A stretch of 64,000 bases of DNA, taken from Eledone cirrhosa (taxonomy: Eukaryota). A program made the position numbers and the translations under genes. Location of the stretch: assembly GCA_964016885.1 (NCBI GenBank), contig OZ024743.1, forward strand, positions 164,114,001-164,178,000, given 5' to 3'. Position 1 is the first letter of the stretch; the number at the start of each line of letters is the position of its first letter. Below the pieces are notes generated by a model that was given only the letters and a program-made list of their open reading frames with translations, was not told the origin of the DNA and did not search any database. Below, piece after piece: positions 53,785 through 64,000 of the stretch.

Positions 53785-54029
53785 CTGTGATTTCCAGATA
53801 GTGCACCTTAGCACACTAGTCTGCCATGAAATATAATTATGTGCACTGCGAAAGAGCAAGATTTTATTTCAAAATGTGAAAAATACAAAATTAAAATTTG
53901 TAATAAAGTTCATATATAACTGCTAAAGTAGAAAACAACTAAACTAAGAATGAAAACATTGCCAAAAAACACCAAGAACATGTTCTCATTGATAACTTTG
54001 CTCCATTTATTGGCTAAAGAAGGAAATAC

Positions 54030-54060
<31 letters not shown>

Positions 54061-54214
54061 GAATTTTTTTTATTTATATTCCTACTTGATGCTATGTTAA
54101 TATATATAAACACCTCTTTTGAATAAATTTTAAAATTGAGGTACAAAGTGCACCAAATTATGTTTAATTGTTTTAAAGTGTGCTGTGAGTAAAAGAAAAG
54201 TTTTGGAACCACTG
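53785..54214. mobile_element. hAT/Charlie-type MITE
   Basis: Right end aagttttggaaccactg. Decayed left end ctgtgatttccagatagtgc. Confidence 0.55.
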
Positions 54215-54429
54215 GTGACGTTGACTGGATATATAGAGTCATTGACTGGAAATATATATATATCATCATTTAACATCCATTTTCCACGCTAGCATGCAAT
54301 GTGGCAGCATGCTTCTACATCCGTCTCTCAGTCAAAAGCATAGCACACACTTTTTCCTCCTTGTTTTTTTTTTGTTTGTTTCCCTTAAGTTTACTATCAT
54401 TCCGTTCGTATACATCTATTACACAATTT

Positions 54430-54489
54430 ACACCTGATGAGGTCGCCCGGTTCTTACGCAACTTCTGGCCACTGAAATATGCATAGTGT
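54430..54489 (+). ncRNA. Type I hammerhead motif
   Basis: acac CTGATGA ggtcg...tggcc act GAAA tatgc ATA gtgt. Intact core and 4-bp stem I. Confidence 0.65.
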
Positions 54490-54547
54490 TTACAATAATA
54501 AAAAAAATTAAGGAAATTCAACATATTTGGCCTCCTGTCATTTCACT

Positions 54548-54762
54548 TTATTCAAATTTAAACGATATATCTTGAGAGAAAGAAACAAATATCATTTGAG
54601 AAACAAAGCATTCTGTATGCATATATAGAGCAAATAATATTCAGGAAAATATACATTTTAAAGTATGTATATTTTCCCGAATTTTATTTGCTCTATATAT
54701 GTACAAAATGCTAACAATATATGTTTCTTTCTCTATATATATCTTCTTTTAAATTTAAATAA
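54548..54762. repeat. AT-rich fold-back palindrome (about 100-bp arms)
   Basis: atatatagagcaaataatattcaggaaaatatacat-tttaaagt-atgtatattttcccgaattttatttgctctatatat, extending out to gagaaagaaaca/tgtttctttctc. Confidence 0.85.
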
Positions 54763-55744
54763 TTGATGCTCTGAACCATGTTCCATTGAGCTTATTTATT
54801 GGGAAATATGATCATCATATATTAAATATATATAATGATACTTTAAAATGGTGTGTATGCATATGTATGTGTGTGTTTGTATGTATATATATGTATATAT
54901 ATTTACACATACAGACACTGTGTAGATGTTGGCCATACATGTTAAGTAAAGAAGGAAGGACAAAAGTTGTTTCTTTTTGTATTTTTAATTGTATATTTCT
55001 ACTTTGTTATGGTATAAATACCACTTTTGAATAATTTTTTTTAAATTTAAGTAGAAAAGGTGCCAAAGTATTTTTACTTAGTCTAAAGTGTGCCATGATT
55101 TAATAAATAGTGTGAGAGCCACTGACCTAGGAGTCCCTTTGTTGACTCATCTATTGATATTATTTTCTCTTGTTTGCTTGTTTCCTTCCTATCTTCTAAG
55201 TCATTCTTCTTCTATCACTGCTGACCCCAGAAACTTTGATATAACTAATCACTCTTTCAAATATACTCCACTTACGACCTTTTATTTTTTACAGACATAC
55301 TTACACACAAGTGTGCACAGATCTATATTATTTTCTGAGTAGAAAAGTGGCAATGATTTTGAAGTTTCAGCTAAGTTGCATTGTGTGTGTGTGTGAGAGA
55401 GAGAGACAGATTAGAGATGGCTTTCCAAAAAGGATTGGAAAAAAACACAGTTAAATAAGGTACTCAATACTTTGAGCTCATTAATTACAGGGTATTAACG
55501 CAAGTTTTTAACTCCGTTTTTCATTTGAATTCGGCTCTTAAAGATTTCTCTCATTCTCTGTTGAGCTTTTGAAATTGAGTGGTTTTAGGCTGCTCTTTCT
55601 AGCCATTTTACGATCCACTCACGCCACTATGTGCTGTCTGTCACATGTTGGGTTACTGTGGGTTACTTGTTCTCTTACTATATACACCATGTGCAATATT
55701 TAGTTACCTAAATTATCTCTAGGTGTGCTGTTCATATAACCCTT

Positions 55745-55824
55745 ACTCCTGTTGAGAAACCCTAGGGTGATCTGACACAGCCACTAATGGCGAAACAAAC
55801 TCTATCTGTAGTTTGTCCAAGAGT
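55745..55824 (+). ncRNA. Hammerhead-like motif with altered core in a PLE relic (55430-55970)
   Basis: Stem I actcctg/caagagt, GAAA, 7-bp stem III acaaact/agtttgt and GUC site. 5' core is either TTGAGAA or CTGACACA. Confidence 0.5.
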
Positions 55825-56450
55825 TTAATAGTTATTGAAACGGTTAGTACATTTTAATTCATTTTTTCCGGTTACTATGTATTTTCTGTTTGTTCATAGA
55901 TTATATGCATTGCACCTAGTGGTTTCCAACCCATGTAATTCAAAACACACTTCTTTGTGTGTTTATTTCTATATATTATATTATATATATTATATATTCA
56001 CCCTGCCTTGACCCTCTGACCATTTCCGCACTACCACACCAGGATTTCATACCACCGGTCATCGTTCCAGCTATCCATTCTATGACACGTGAAATCTCCA
56101 ACATCTTGTCTCACACTCCATAGAAATATCTTAGGAACTTACATTATTTTCGAACCACACCACTTACACCTACACCCATACACAAACACCACCTTCAGCC
56201 CTCCCTGTTCGGACCTCCCTGTCCCCTCTCTACCCCCCCCCCCCCCACACACACACACCACAACCACCCCTACACGCTTCACACCTTTTCACCCCTTGTT
56301 TATTTTAATTTTTATTTTTATTTGTACTTTTAAAAAATTTCCTTTACTCTCTAAAAAAATTGTTTTTCCTCCCTTTTCTCTCCCACCTTTTTTAAAATGC
56401 CTTTCCACCACTCCTCCACACACCCTCGGAACTCTCTTCCTACCCACTGT

Positions 56451-56486
56451 TCTCCTGATGAAGGGCTTATGCCCGAAACGTCGTCC
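56451..56486 (+). ncRNA. Minimal hammerhead motif in a PLE 3' relic (56000-56575)
   Basis: CTGATGA a gggc-ttat-gccc GAAACGTC. Palindromic ACGT stem III; stem I decayed. Confidence 0.7.
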
Positions 56487-56591
56487 CCCACCCCTCACTC
56501 TCAAGTGTGAAATTAAAAACCATATCATTTGAACTGCCTCTCTGTTTTTTGTTCTCTGTTCATTTATTAAACTATAATATATATATATACT

Positions 56592-56940
56592 GGAGGCACA
56601 TGGCTTAGTGGTTAGAGCATTGGCCTTGCAATCGAAAGGTTGTGAGTTTAATTCTCAGACCGAGTGATGTGTTGTTTCCTTGAGCAAGACACTTTATTTC
56701 ACATTGCTCCAGTTTACTCAGCTGTAGAAATGAGATGATAGGGACTGGGGTCCCTATCATTCCACTGCAAAGTGGTCGTGCAGGTGACACAGCAAAAAAG
56801 CACCCAGCACTCACTGTAAATGAGGTTGGTGTTAGGAAGGGCATCCAGCTGTAGAAATCAAGCCAAAAATCAGTTCCTGTCCCACCCTTGCAAGCAGGGA
56901 AAAAGCGGACGTAAAATGAAATGATGATGAATGATGATGA
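56592..56940 (+). mobile_element. tRNA-derived SINE head and CORE-like centre fused to an RTE-type 3' tail
   Basis: TGGCTTAGTGG A box, gtgttgtttccttgagcaagacac centre, then gttaggaagggcatccagct...(atg)n as in the RTE 3' UTRs. Confidence 0.75.
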
Positions 56941-57334
56941 TATATATATATATATATATATATATAGTCATGAAAATTTGATAAATTTGTATAAACAGTT
57001 TTGAGCTCATAATTACCTTCCCTGCATCAAATATAGTTCTCTACTATTAAGATTGAGATTCGGCTTAGAGACATCAACTTCCTTTTTCATATTTTTGTCC
57101 ATGTGCCTCAATGTAGGGCCAGTTTAAAAGTGCCTCCTCTATTATACAGTGGTGTCCATGACTGGACCCTGAAACCATTGGTAGCACATACATGTTAAGT
57201 GTATGTAACTTTGTTAACACTAAATAAGCTCTCTTCCAATAGATCGAGCACTGTTTTCCTTGATCTTTCATCTGCAGATTTCTACCAACATATATATATA
57301 TATATACATACATGCACACACATGTATTTATATA

Positions 57335-58092
57335 TATCACCACCACCACCATCATCCTTCTTACATCCATTTTCCAATGTTTACATAAGTTAGATAGATC
57401 TTCTCCTCAGTCTCCTTACACATGCTGCATTTCTTTGTCAACTGTGAGGTTCTGCATTTTGAGATATGTTCATCACATGGCCATACCAGCGCAGTACACT
57501 TGATTTCTCTTTCAGTTCATTCATACTCTGCCATTTATGCACATTAATATCACACATCCATCGATACATGCTCAATTCATTTCTCCAGCCTTTGCATATC
57601 CTTCGCATTTTCTCTTCAGTAGCCTGATACAGGGTGTCACTTAGAAAGTTCCAGTTGTCCTCTATATCATACATATCTATCTCCTCCATCTTATTGTTGT
57701 ACACATTATGTGGAGCTTTTCCAAACCTATATTTAACAGAGAGGTTAAATATACCCTCCTTCTCAAGATTGTTCTGCATCTCTGATTCCATCTGATTTTT
57801 ATACTGATGTCACTAATAACAAATTTCTGTTGGATAGTGGATTTTTCTCCAGTTAAAGACTTAATATTCAGAACCATCTGTCTATTCCATTTTCTGACGA
57901 GCTTGAAGTCAATCTTGCTTACATGCTCATCTGATTGGTAGGTGATCAAGTGGTTGGCCTGTTTCCTGAAGTCAGTGTTGCAAATGGTTAGGTAATTTGC
58001 ATCACTGAATTCTAGGAACCGTGATCCCGCTTCATTTTTTAAACCATATTCATAGCCACTGTGCACTCCATTGTAGCCATCTTGGAGCTGTT
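57335..58092 (-). mobile_element. Collapsed RTE LINE (APE and RT pieces joined by deletions)
   Basis: RFLEFSDANYLTICNTDF...IDF, WNFLSDTL, VLRWYGHVM. Confidence 0.8.
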
Positions 58093-58257
58093 CTCAACCA
58101 TATGGTTTCAGGTCCAGTCCCACTGTGTATAACCTTAGGGTGTTGAATGCCCTGTGAGTGAATTTGGTAGCTGAAAGCCTGTTATATATTTATGTGTGTT
58201 GGTATGTATGTATTGTATGTATATATGTGTGTGTGTATATATATAGGAAAAAGTATG

Positions 58258-58355
58258 ACCCCCGACAGCAGAGCTCTAGCCGTTTCGACAGCTATTTCTG
58301 GACTAAATTAGAATTTTTAGCCTGGTGAATAAATAGCCGAACTTGTCAAGGGGGT
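58258..58355 (-). ncRNA. Type I hammerhead with U3:A8 core (UUGACAA) and extended stem II
   Basis: Minus strand: accccc TTGACAA gtt cggctattt...aaatagctg tc GAAA cggc-tagagctct-gct GTC gggggt. Confidence 0.72.
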
Positions 58356-59170
58356 ACTTCCTTATATGGGAAGATTGTAGTTGTCAAGAGGATTGGTTGA
58401 AATTTGTTGTAAACATATATATATATGTATGCATGTTTATATGTGTGTGGGAGGGGGTCATATTGGTATCATTTAAAAAGCCATGTAGCAAATTGACAAA
58501 CACCAGGAAGCCTTGTCCAGTCCTTGTCAAAATAGGGTTGGGAGGAAAGGACATAAAAACAAGGATAATGATTATATAGGATATAGAAATCCATAGAATT
58601 CCGGGATAGTAGCAGTGTTATGCTTTTGGTATCAGTTCAGTCGGAAGCCAAATATTGGTGTGCCAAAATTTTAAATATTTCTCCTCCTCTTGGCACACTA
58701 ACATATCTCTTTTTTTGGCTTCTTTCTAAAAACAATATAACTTAGAATATTTTAACCCAGCCAATGAAAAAAAAAATCTCTTACAAGGTCACTCAATATG
58801 CTAGATTTAGCCACCAATCCTCTCATATCACATGACCTATTATAAAAAAAAAAAAAGGCACCTTCATATAACTGTGGTATACTTCTGTTCCTCAACAGAA
58901 AACTCTATATATATCTACTATATAAATGGCAATTTCTCTCATTCTGTAGAGAAAGAGAGAGAGGGAGGATTAGGGAAGAATGAGAAAGAAAACAGAAAAA
59001 TGATAGCAAAGTTCGATAACTAACTTTTATTTATTTATTTTTTAAACACTTCTTAATTAACTCCTTTCTTAACGTTACTTCTCTCTCTCTCTCTCTTTCA
59101 CAAAAGTCGTAATCAGACTGTGTGTGTCTCGGTGTAATTCCTACGTTAGTTAAAATTCGGGTAGATCAGG

Positions 59171-59209
<39 letters not shown>

Positions 59210-59210
<1 letters not shown>

Positions 59211-60495
59211 TGGTGAGACAATTACAAGAGAGGTTCTTAGAGAAGAATAAGCCACTATACTTAGCTTTTGTTGACCTAGAGAAGGCCTTTGATAGGGTTC
59301 CCCGATTTGTCATCTGGTGGTCCCTAAGGAAATTAGGTGTTGAGGAATGGATTGTGAGGACAGTGCAAACTTTGTACAGAGGGGCTGTCAGTAAAGTCAG
59401 GGTAGGAATGGACTTTAGTGAGGAATTCCAGATACAAGTAGGAGTACATCAAGGTTCAGTCCTCAGCCTGCTCTTGTTCATTATAGTCCTCCAAGCCATA
59501 ACAGAAGAGTTTAAGACTGGCTGTCCATGGTAACTTCTCTATGCTGACGATCTGGTTCTTATAGCAGAATCAGTAGAGGAGCTAGAGAATAAATTCTGGC
59601 TATTGAAACAGCAGTTGGAATCAAGAGGACTGATAGTGAACTTAGCTAAGACAAAAGTGTTGATGAGTAGAAAAGAGGACAAAACTCTGATTCCATCAGG
59701 GAAATGGCCATGTTTGGTATGCAGAAAAGGAACTGGCATAAATTCTATAAAATGCAAACAATGCAGATCTTGGGTACCCAAGAGATGTAGTGGGATAGCA
59801 GGCAAACTAACAGGTAGGGAGAAATATGTATGCAGTAGATGTACAGGGAAATTAGACAGTAGAAGTCACATTGATAGACACGTTTCAAATGCAGGCGGGT
59901 GCTATAGAAGTGGTTGATAGCTTCCGGTACATAGGAGATCAGATTAGCATGGGAGAGGGGTGTCCGAGGCCATAGTTTCTAGAAAAAGGACAGGCTGGAA
60001 GAAGTTTAGGGAGCTGCTTCCTCTGCTGACGAAGAAGGGTTTCTCACTGCGTACGAAAGGCCGGTTATATGACGTCTGTGTGAGATGCGCGATGTTGCAT
60101 GGTAGTGAGACTTGGGCAGCAACTGCAGAGGATATGCGACGGCTGGAGAGAAATGAGGCAAGCATGCTCTGTTGGTTGTGCAATGTCAATGTGCGTGAAC
60201 GACCCAGCATGAATGTGTTGAGAGAGAAACTGTCTGAGAGGGATAGAATGTAGTGTGTGAGAGAGGTGGTATGGACATGTGATGCACATGTAGGATGACC
60301 GAAATGCCAGTTGAAGGAAGACATGGTATAGGTAGACCACGAAAAACATGGGCGGAGGTGGTGAGAACAGTCCTCAGATTGCTGAAGCTCACGGTGGAGA
60401 TGACGAAGGACCGTGACAAGTGGAGAAATGCTGTGCTGAATAAGACCCGTCCTACCCTTGTAAGCAGGGAAGAGCGGACGTAAAATGATGATGAT
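59210..60495 (+). mobile_element. 5'-truncated RTE LINE (same subfamily as 18021-20165)
   Basis: AFVDLEKAFDRVP, GVHQGSVLS, LYADDL and (atg)n tail. Confidence 0.93.
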
Positions 60496-60596
60496 ATATA
60501 TATATAAATGTAAAAGGTAAACAGAAATAACAGCACAATCGGTACAGTATATGGAAAGGATATATTAGGTTAACGCTTGATATAGCAGGAAGAGGG

Positions 60597-60632
60597 TCTT
60601 AACGTTTCAGACGCTAGTCCTTCATTAGAAGA
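60597..60632 (-). ncRNA. Minimal hammerhead with a G5A lesion
   Basis: Minus strand: tctt CTAATGA a ggac-tagc-gtct GAAACGTT aaga. Confidence 0.6.
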
Positions 60633-60833
60633 AAGATTGAGAAATAAGATAGATTGAGGGGACGGGTGAAATGGAATTGGAAAGGTCCATTCGTGTTGAC
60701 ATCTCTTGCAAAACTACTGGTGCTGGCATTTTGTGTATGATTATGCATATATATGTATGTATATATGTATATATATATGTATGAATATGTATCTATATAT
60801 ATGTATGTATATATATGTGTGTATATATATGTA

Positions 60834-61927
60834 TATAGGTTTAGGAATAACCAAGGAGTGCTTAGAAATACATTGTTTTATTAGCTAACAGTGTTTCATG
60901 CGTACCCTAAGGCAGGAATCATCAGAGCCTATAAACAAGAGTATATCAATAGTTGCATGCTCCATCAAGCTGCGTCACCAGAACAAGGTTAAGGGCCCAG
61001 CAGGGGGGTCCTGAGGCCAGTGCTAGATAGAAACAGACACAATTCATGACGCATATAATGTCATAAAATGTCATAAAAAATGTCATAAAAAATGTCATAA
61101 AAAATTACATCAAAATTTTATCATTTACATGGTGCAATAGATGACAAGGAAGGTGGGGGAGGGTAGCAGGGAATGAGTGAAGGTGTTACACAGCATGATA
61201 AAAAACAATAAAAAAAATAGTGTTACTTCGCCTAACACTCGGAACTGGAACCAATGGATGTTGTCCGTAGGGTGCTGATAAGATACGGAGGATTGACTTA
61301 TTACAAGGTGATATAACCTTCCTATAGACAATCCTACATGTAAAGCTGCACCAACTATCCTTCTCACAGACCCATGCATGCAAAGCCTCTTAATCTGCCT
61401 GTACATCCTGTATCTACACTGCTTGTGCTTTGATGTATCTATGCCTTGATGTTTGTTTCTTTTGGTGTTTTGTTTCTGCATTTTCTATTGTTATTTTATT
61501 TTTTTATTGTTTTTGAGCATTCCCTGCTACTCTCCCCCAGCTTCCTTGTCATCTATTGCATCATGTAAATGATAAATTTTCGATGTGATCTTTGATGTAA
61601 TTTTTTATGACAGTATATGCGTCATGAATTGTGTCTGTTTCTATCTAGCGCTGGCCTCAGGACCCCCCTGCTGGGCCCTTAACCTTGTTCTGGTGACGCA
61701 GCTTGATGGAGCATGCAACTATTGATATACTCTTGTTTATAGGCTCTGATGATTCCTGCCTTAGGGTACGCATGAAACACTGTTAGCTAATAAAACAATG
61801 TATTTCTAAGCACTCTTTGGTTATTCCTAAACCTATAACGGCTCTGTAGTATACCAGTTATCCTACATTGAGCTAAAACCACACTGTCATACCAAGGGCA
61901 ATATATCTGCGTGTCTGCGCACATTGA
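60834..61927. mobile_element. PLE-type inverted pseudo-LTR pair (about 320-340-bp arms), each with a hammerhead, inserted in (TA)n
   Basis: 60834-61175 is the reverse complement of 61518-61837. HHR ggct CTGATGA...GAAACACTGTT agct at 61742-61788 (+) and 60883-60929 (-). One-sided extension at 61838-61927. Confidence 0.88.
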
Positions 61928-61953
61928 TATATTTGTCAATGAAACTATATATG

Positions 61954-61986
<33 letters not shown>

Positions 61987-62011
61987 GTTATATATATATG
62001 TATATATATAT

Positions 62012-62067
<56 letters not shown>

Positions 62068-62140
62068 GACTATCCAGTGAATTTCCAACCGATAAGGTAT
62101 GATTTTCATGGGTATGTCTCTATTTATAAAACAAACTTTG

Positions 62141-62204
62141 TATTTTATCTGATGAAAGCGTACCAATGTTGTCTTGGTACCCTTGAATTATATATAATAA
62201 AATA
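62141..62204 (+). ncRNA. Type I hammerhead with a single A15.1U lesion
   Basis: tattttat CTGATGA aagcgtaccaa-tgttgtc-ttggtaccctt GAAT tatatata ataaaata: 8-bp stem I, about 10-bp stem II. Confidence 0.65.
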
Positions 62205-62243
62205 AATATGGTTTTATAAATATAGTTTCCATTTATTTAATAT

Positions 62244-62247
<4 letters not shown>

Positions 62248-62284
<37 letters not shown>

Positions 62285-62848
62285 TATGTATGTATATATA
62301 TGTGTATATATAGATATGTATATATAGATATGTATATGTATATATGTATAGATATGTATATATAGATATGTATATGTATATATGTATAGATATGTATATA
62401 TATATATATATATGTGTATAGATATGTATATAGATATGTATATGTATATAGATATGTATATGTATATATATATATATATATATATGTGTATAGATATGTA
62501 TATGTATATAGATATGTATATAGATATGTATATGTATATTGATATGTATATGTATATATATATATATATATATAGATATGTATATGTATATAGATATGTA
62601 TATGTATATATATATATATATATGTGTATAGATATGTATATGTATATATATGTATAGATATGTATATATACATATATATGTATAGATATGTATATATATA
62701 GATATGTATATGTATATATATAGATATGTATATGTATATATATAGATATGTATATATATATATATGTATAGATATGTATAGATATGTATATGTATATATA
62801 TATGTATGTGTGTCTATGTATGTATATGTGTATATATAACATATATAC
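62248..62848. repeat. Compound (TA)n / ATAGATATGT microsatellite
   Basis: Direct reading; source of the Y/I/H/T ORFs. Confidence 0.97.
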
Positions 62849-62849
62849 A

Positions 62850-63560
62850 CAAACTAAAACAAGTCGAAGTCTCTTTCAAACTAATTCAAAACCATTTTGA
62901 AAAACTTCGATACATTTACTCCAATGGTCAAACACAACAACAGCCACAACAACAACAACAACAACAGCCACAACAACAACAACAACAACAGCCACAACAA
63001 CAGCAACAGCCAGAAAATCAGGAGCCACCACCACCGCCACCACTACTGAATTCAAGCATAATAGCTGAGTTACTGAACGACAGTATCTCTCCACCACTTT
63101 CTCAGTCATCATTATCGCCATCATCATCATCACCACCGTCATCATCTTCTGCCACATCAACTGCTAGTAATGGACCACAGCTTTCTCTCCCACCACTCTC
63201 TCAGCCTCCACCACAGTTGTCATCATCACCACCACTGCCGCTATCGTATTCTACCATGTCAACTACTATCAATGAAAAACCACTGCTGTCTTCCCCCTTA
63301 TCACCACCGCAGTCATTCTGTAGTCAAAAGAACCTTTAAAAAAATCTATGGAGCTGTATGCACCCCCCCCCCCCACTACACAAACTAGAAACCCCAAAAT
63401 ATGCCGCTACTCACTACATCAGAGGCTATGCACACGTAGCAACTGCCTATTTACCCATTTACCTGGTACATGACGCACTAACACTGCCAGCCAACGCCAA
63501 AGTACGCTTCCCACACGCATAAGTCGGAGTCCCAAAATCTGCCGACATTCCCAACGTGAG
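62850..63560 (+). mobile_element. Probable LINE ORF1 relic: polyQ/P/S tract followed by a CCCH zinc finger
   Basis: QQQPQQQ...PPPPPP...SSSS, then NPKICRYSLHQRLCTRSNCLFTHLPGT*R (C-x8-C-x4-C-x3-H) at 63390-63476 in another frame. Confidence 0.55.
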
Positions 63561-64000
63561 AAACTATGTCTGCTGACTGACAGTACTTTCACTCATCTTC
63601 CTGGGACACAACGTACAGAAAAGGGGCTCCATGCCAACACACAAACCACAATAAAGCCACCCCCTGTTGCAGTAATGCTGCTCCAGTCTTTTCACAAAGA
63701 CACGATTACAACAACAACAAAAATAATGCTGCTCCAGTCTTTTCACAAAGACACAATTACAACAAATACAACAACAACAACAAAAGAGGGAACTGCAACC
63801 CTATCCAATGGTGTAACCATAAATCAATCAAAAACTGCTCCCTGAACAAGAACATTTTTCTTTTTTAGCCATGAACCTGGCAAAAGAGATACAGAAAAAC
63901 ATTTTAGCCATCACCCAACACCATCCTTGCTGTCACTAACACCCAATCTCAAAACAAGCCCCTGCAACAGTCAAAACCAGCCACCACATTAGCCTCCACA

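Noticed and set aside
57129-57188. gtgc...GAAACCATTGGTA gcac hammerhead-like 3' half
   Set aside because: No CUGANGA-like 5' core; possibly a dead relic.
62233-62850. Y/I/H/T-rich ORFs of about 200 aa (also 39428-39796, 52226-52627, 61924-62205)
   Set aside because: Microsatellite artefacts.

Overview
Eukaryotic, AT-rich, repeat-saturated animal DNA. The SINE, RTE and microsatellite content looks like an octopod cephalopod, which is an inference from the repeat families alone. I find one host coding exon: 138 nt at 37637-37774 (+), with clean AG/GTGAGT boundaries and a peptide resembling the TPR-like dimerization region of Gemin5. Most or all of the rest is therefore probably intron. It is filled with decayed RTE LINEs (some nested, some in inverted pairs), a CR1-type LINE, a CRE-type RLE fragment, Helitrons (two head-to-head pairs), tRNA-derived SINEs with TSDs, piggyBac- and hAT-type MITEs, microsatellites and several Penelope-like element (PLE) relics. 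The main signal the ORF track misses is about 13 hammerhead-ribozyme (HHR) motifs from several unrelated PLE-type families on both strands. They include canonical cores, a U3:A8 covariant core, and a CAGUUGA core shared by three copies of one PLE pseudo-LTR. There are also several fold-back hairpins, one of them pre-miRNA-sized. Nearly all listed ORFs are TE fragments or microsatellite artefacts. Repeat boundaries were read by eye and are approximate.
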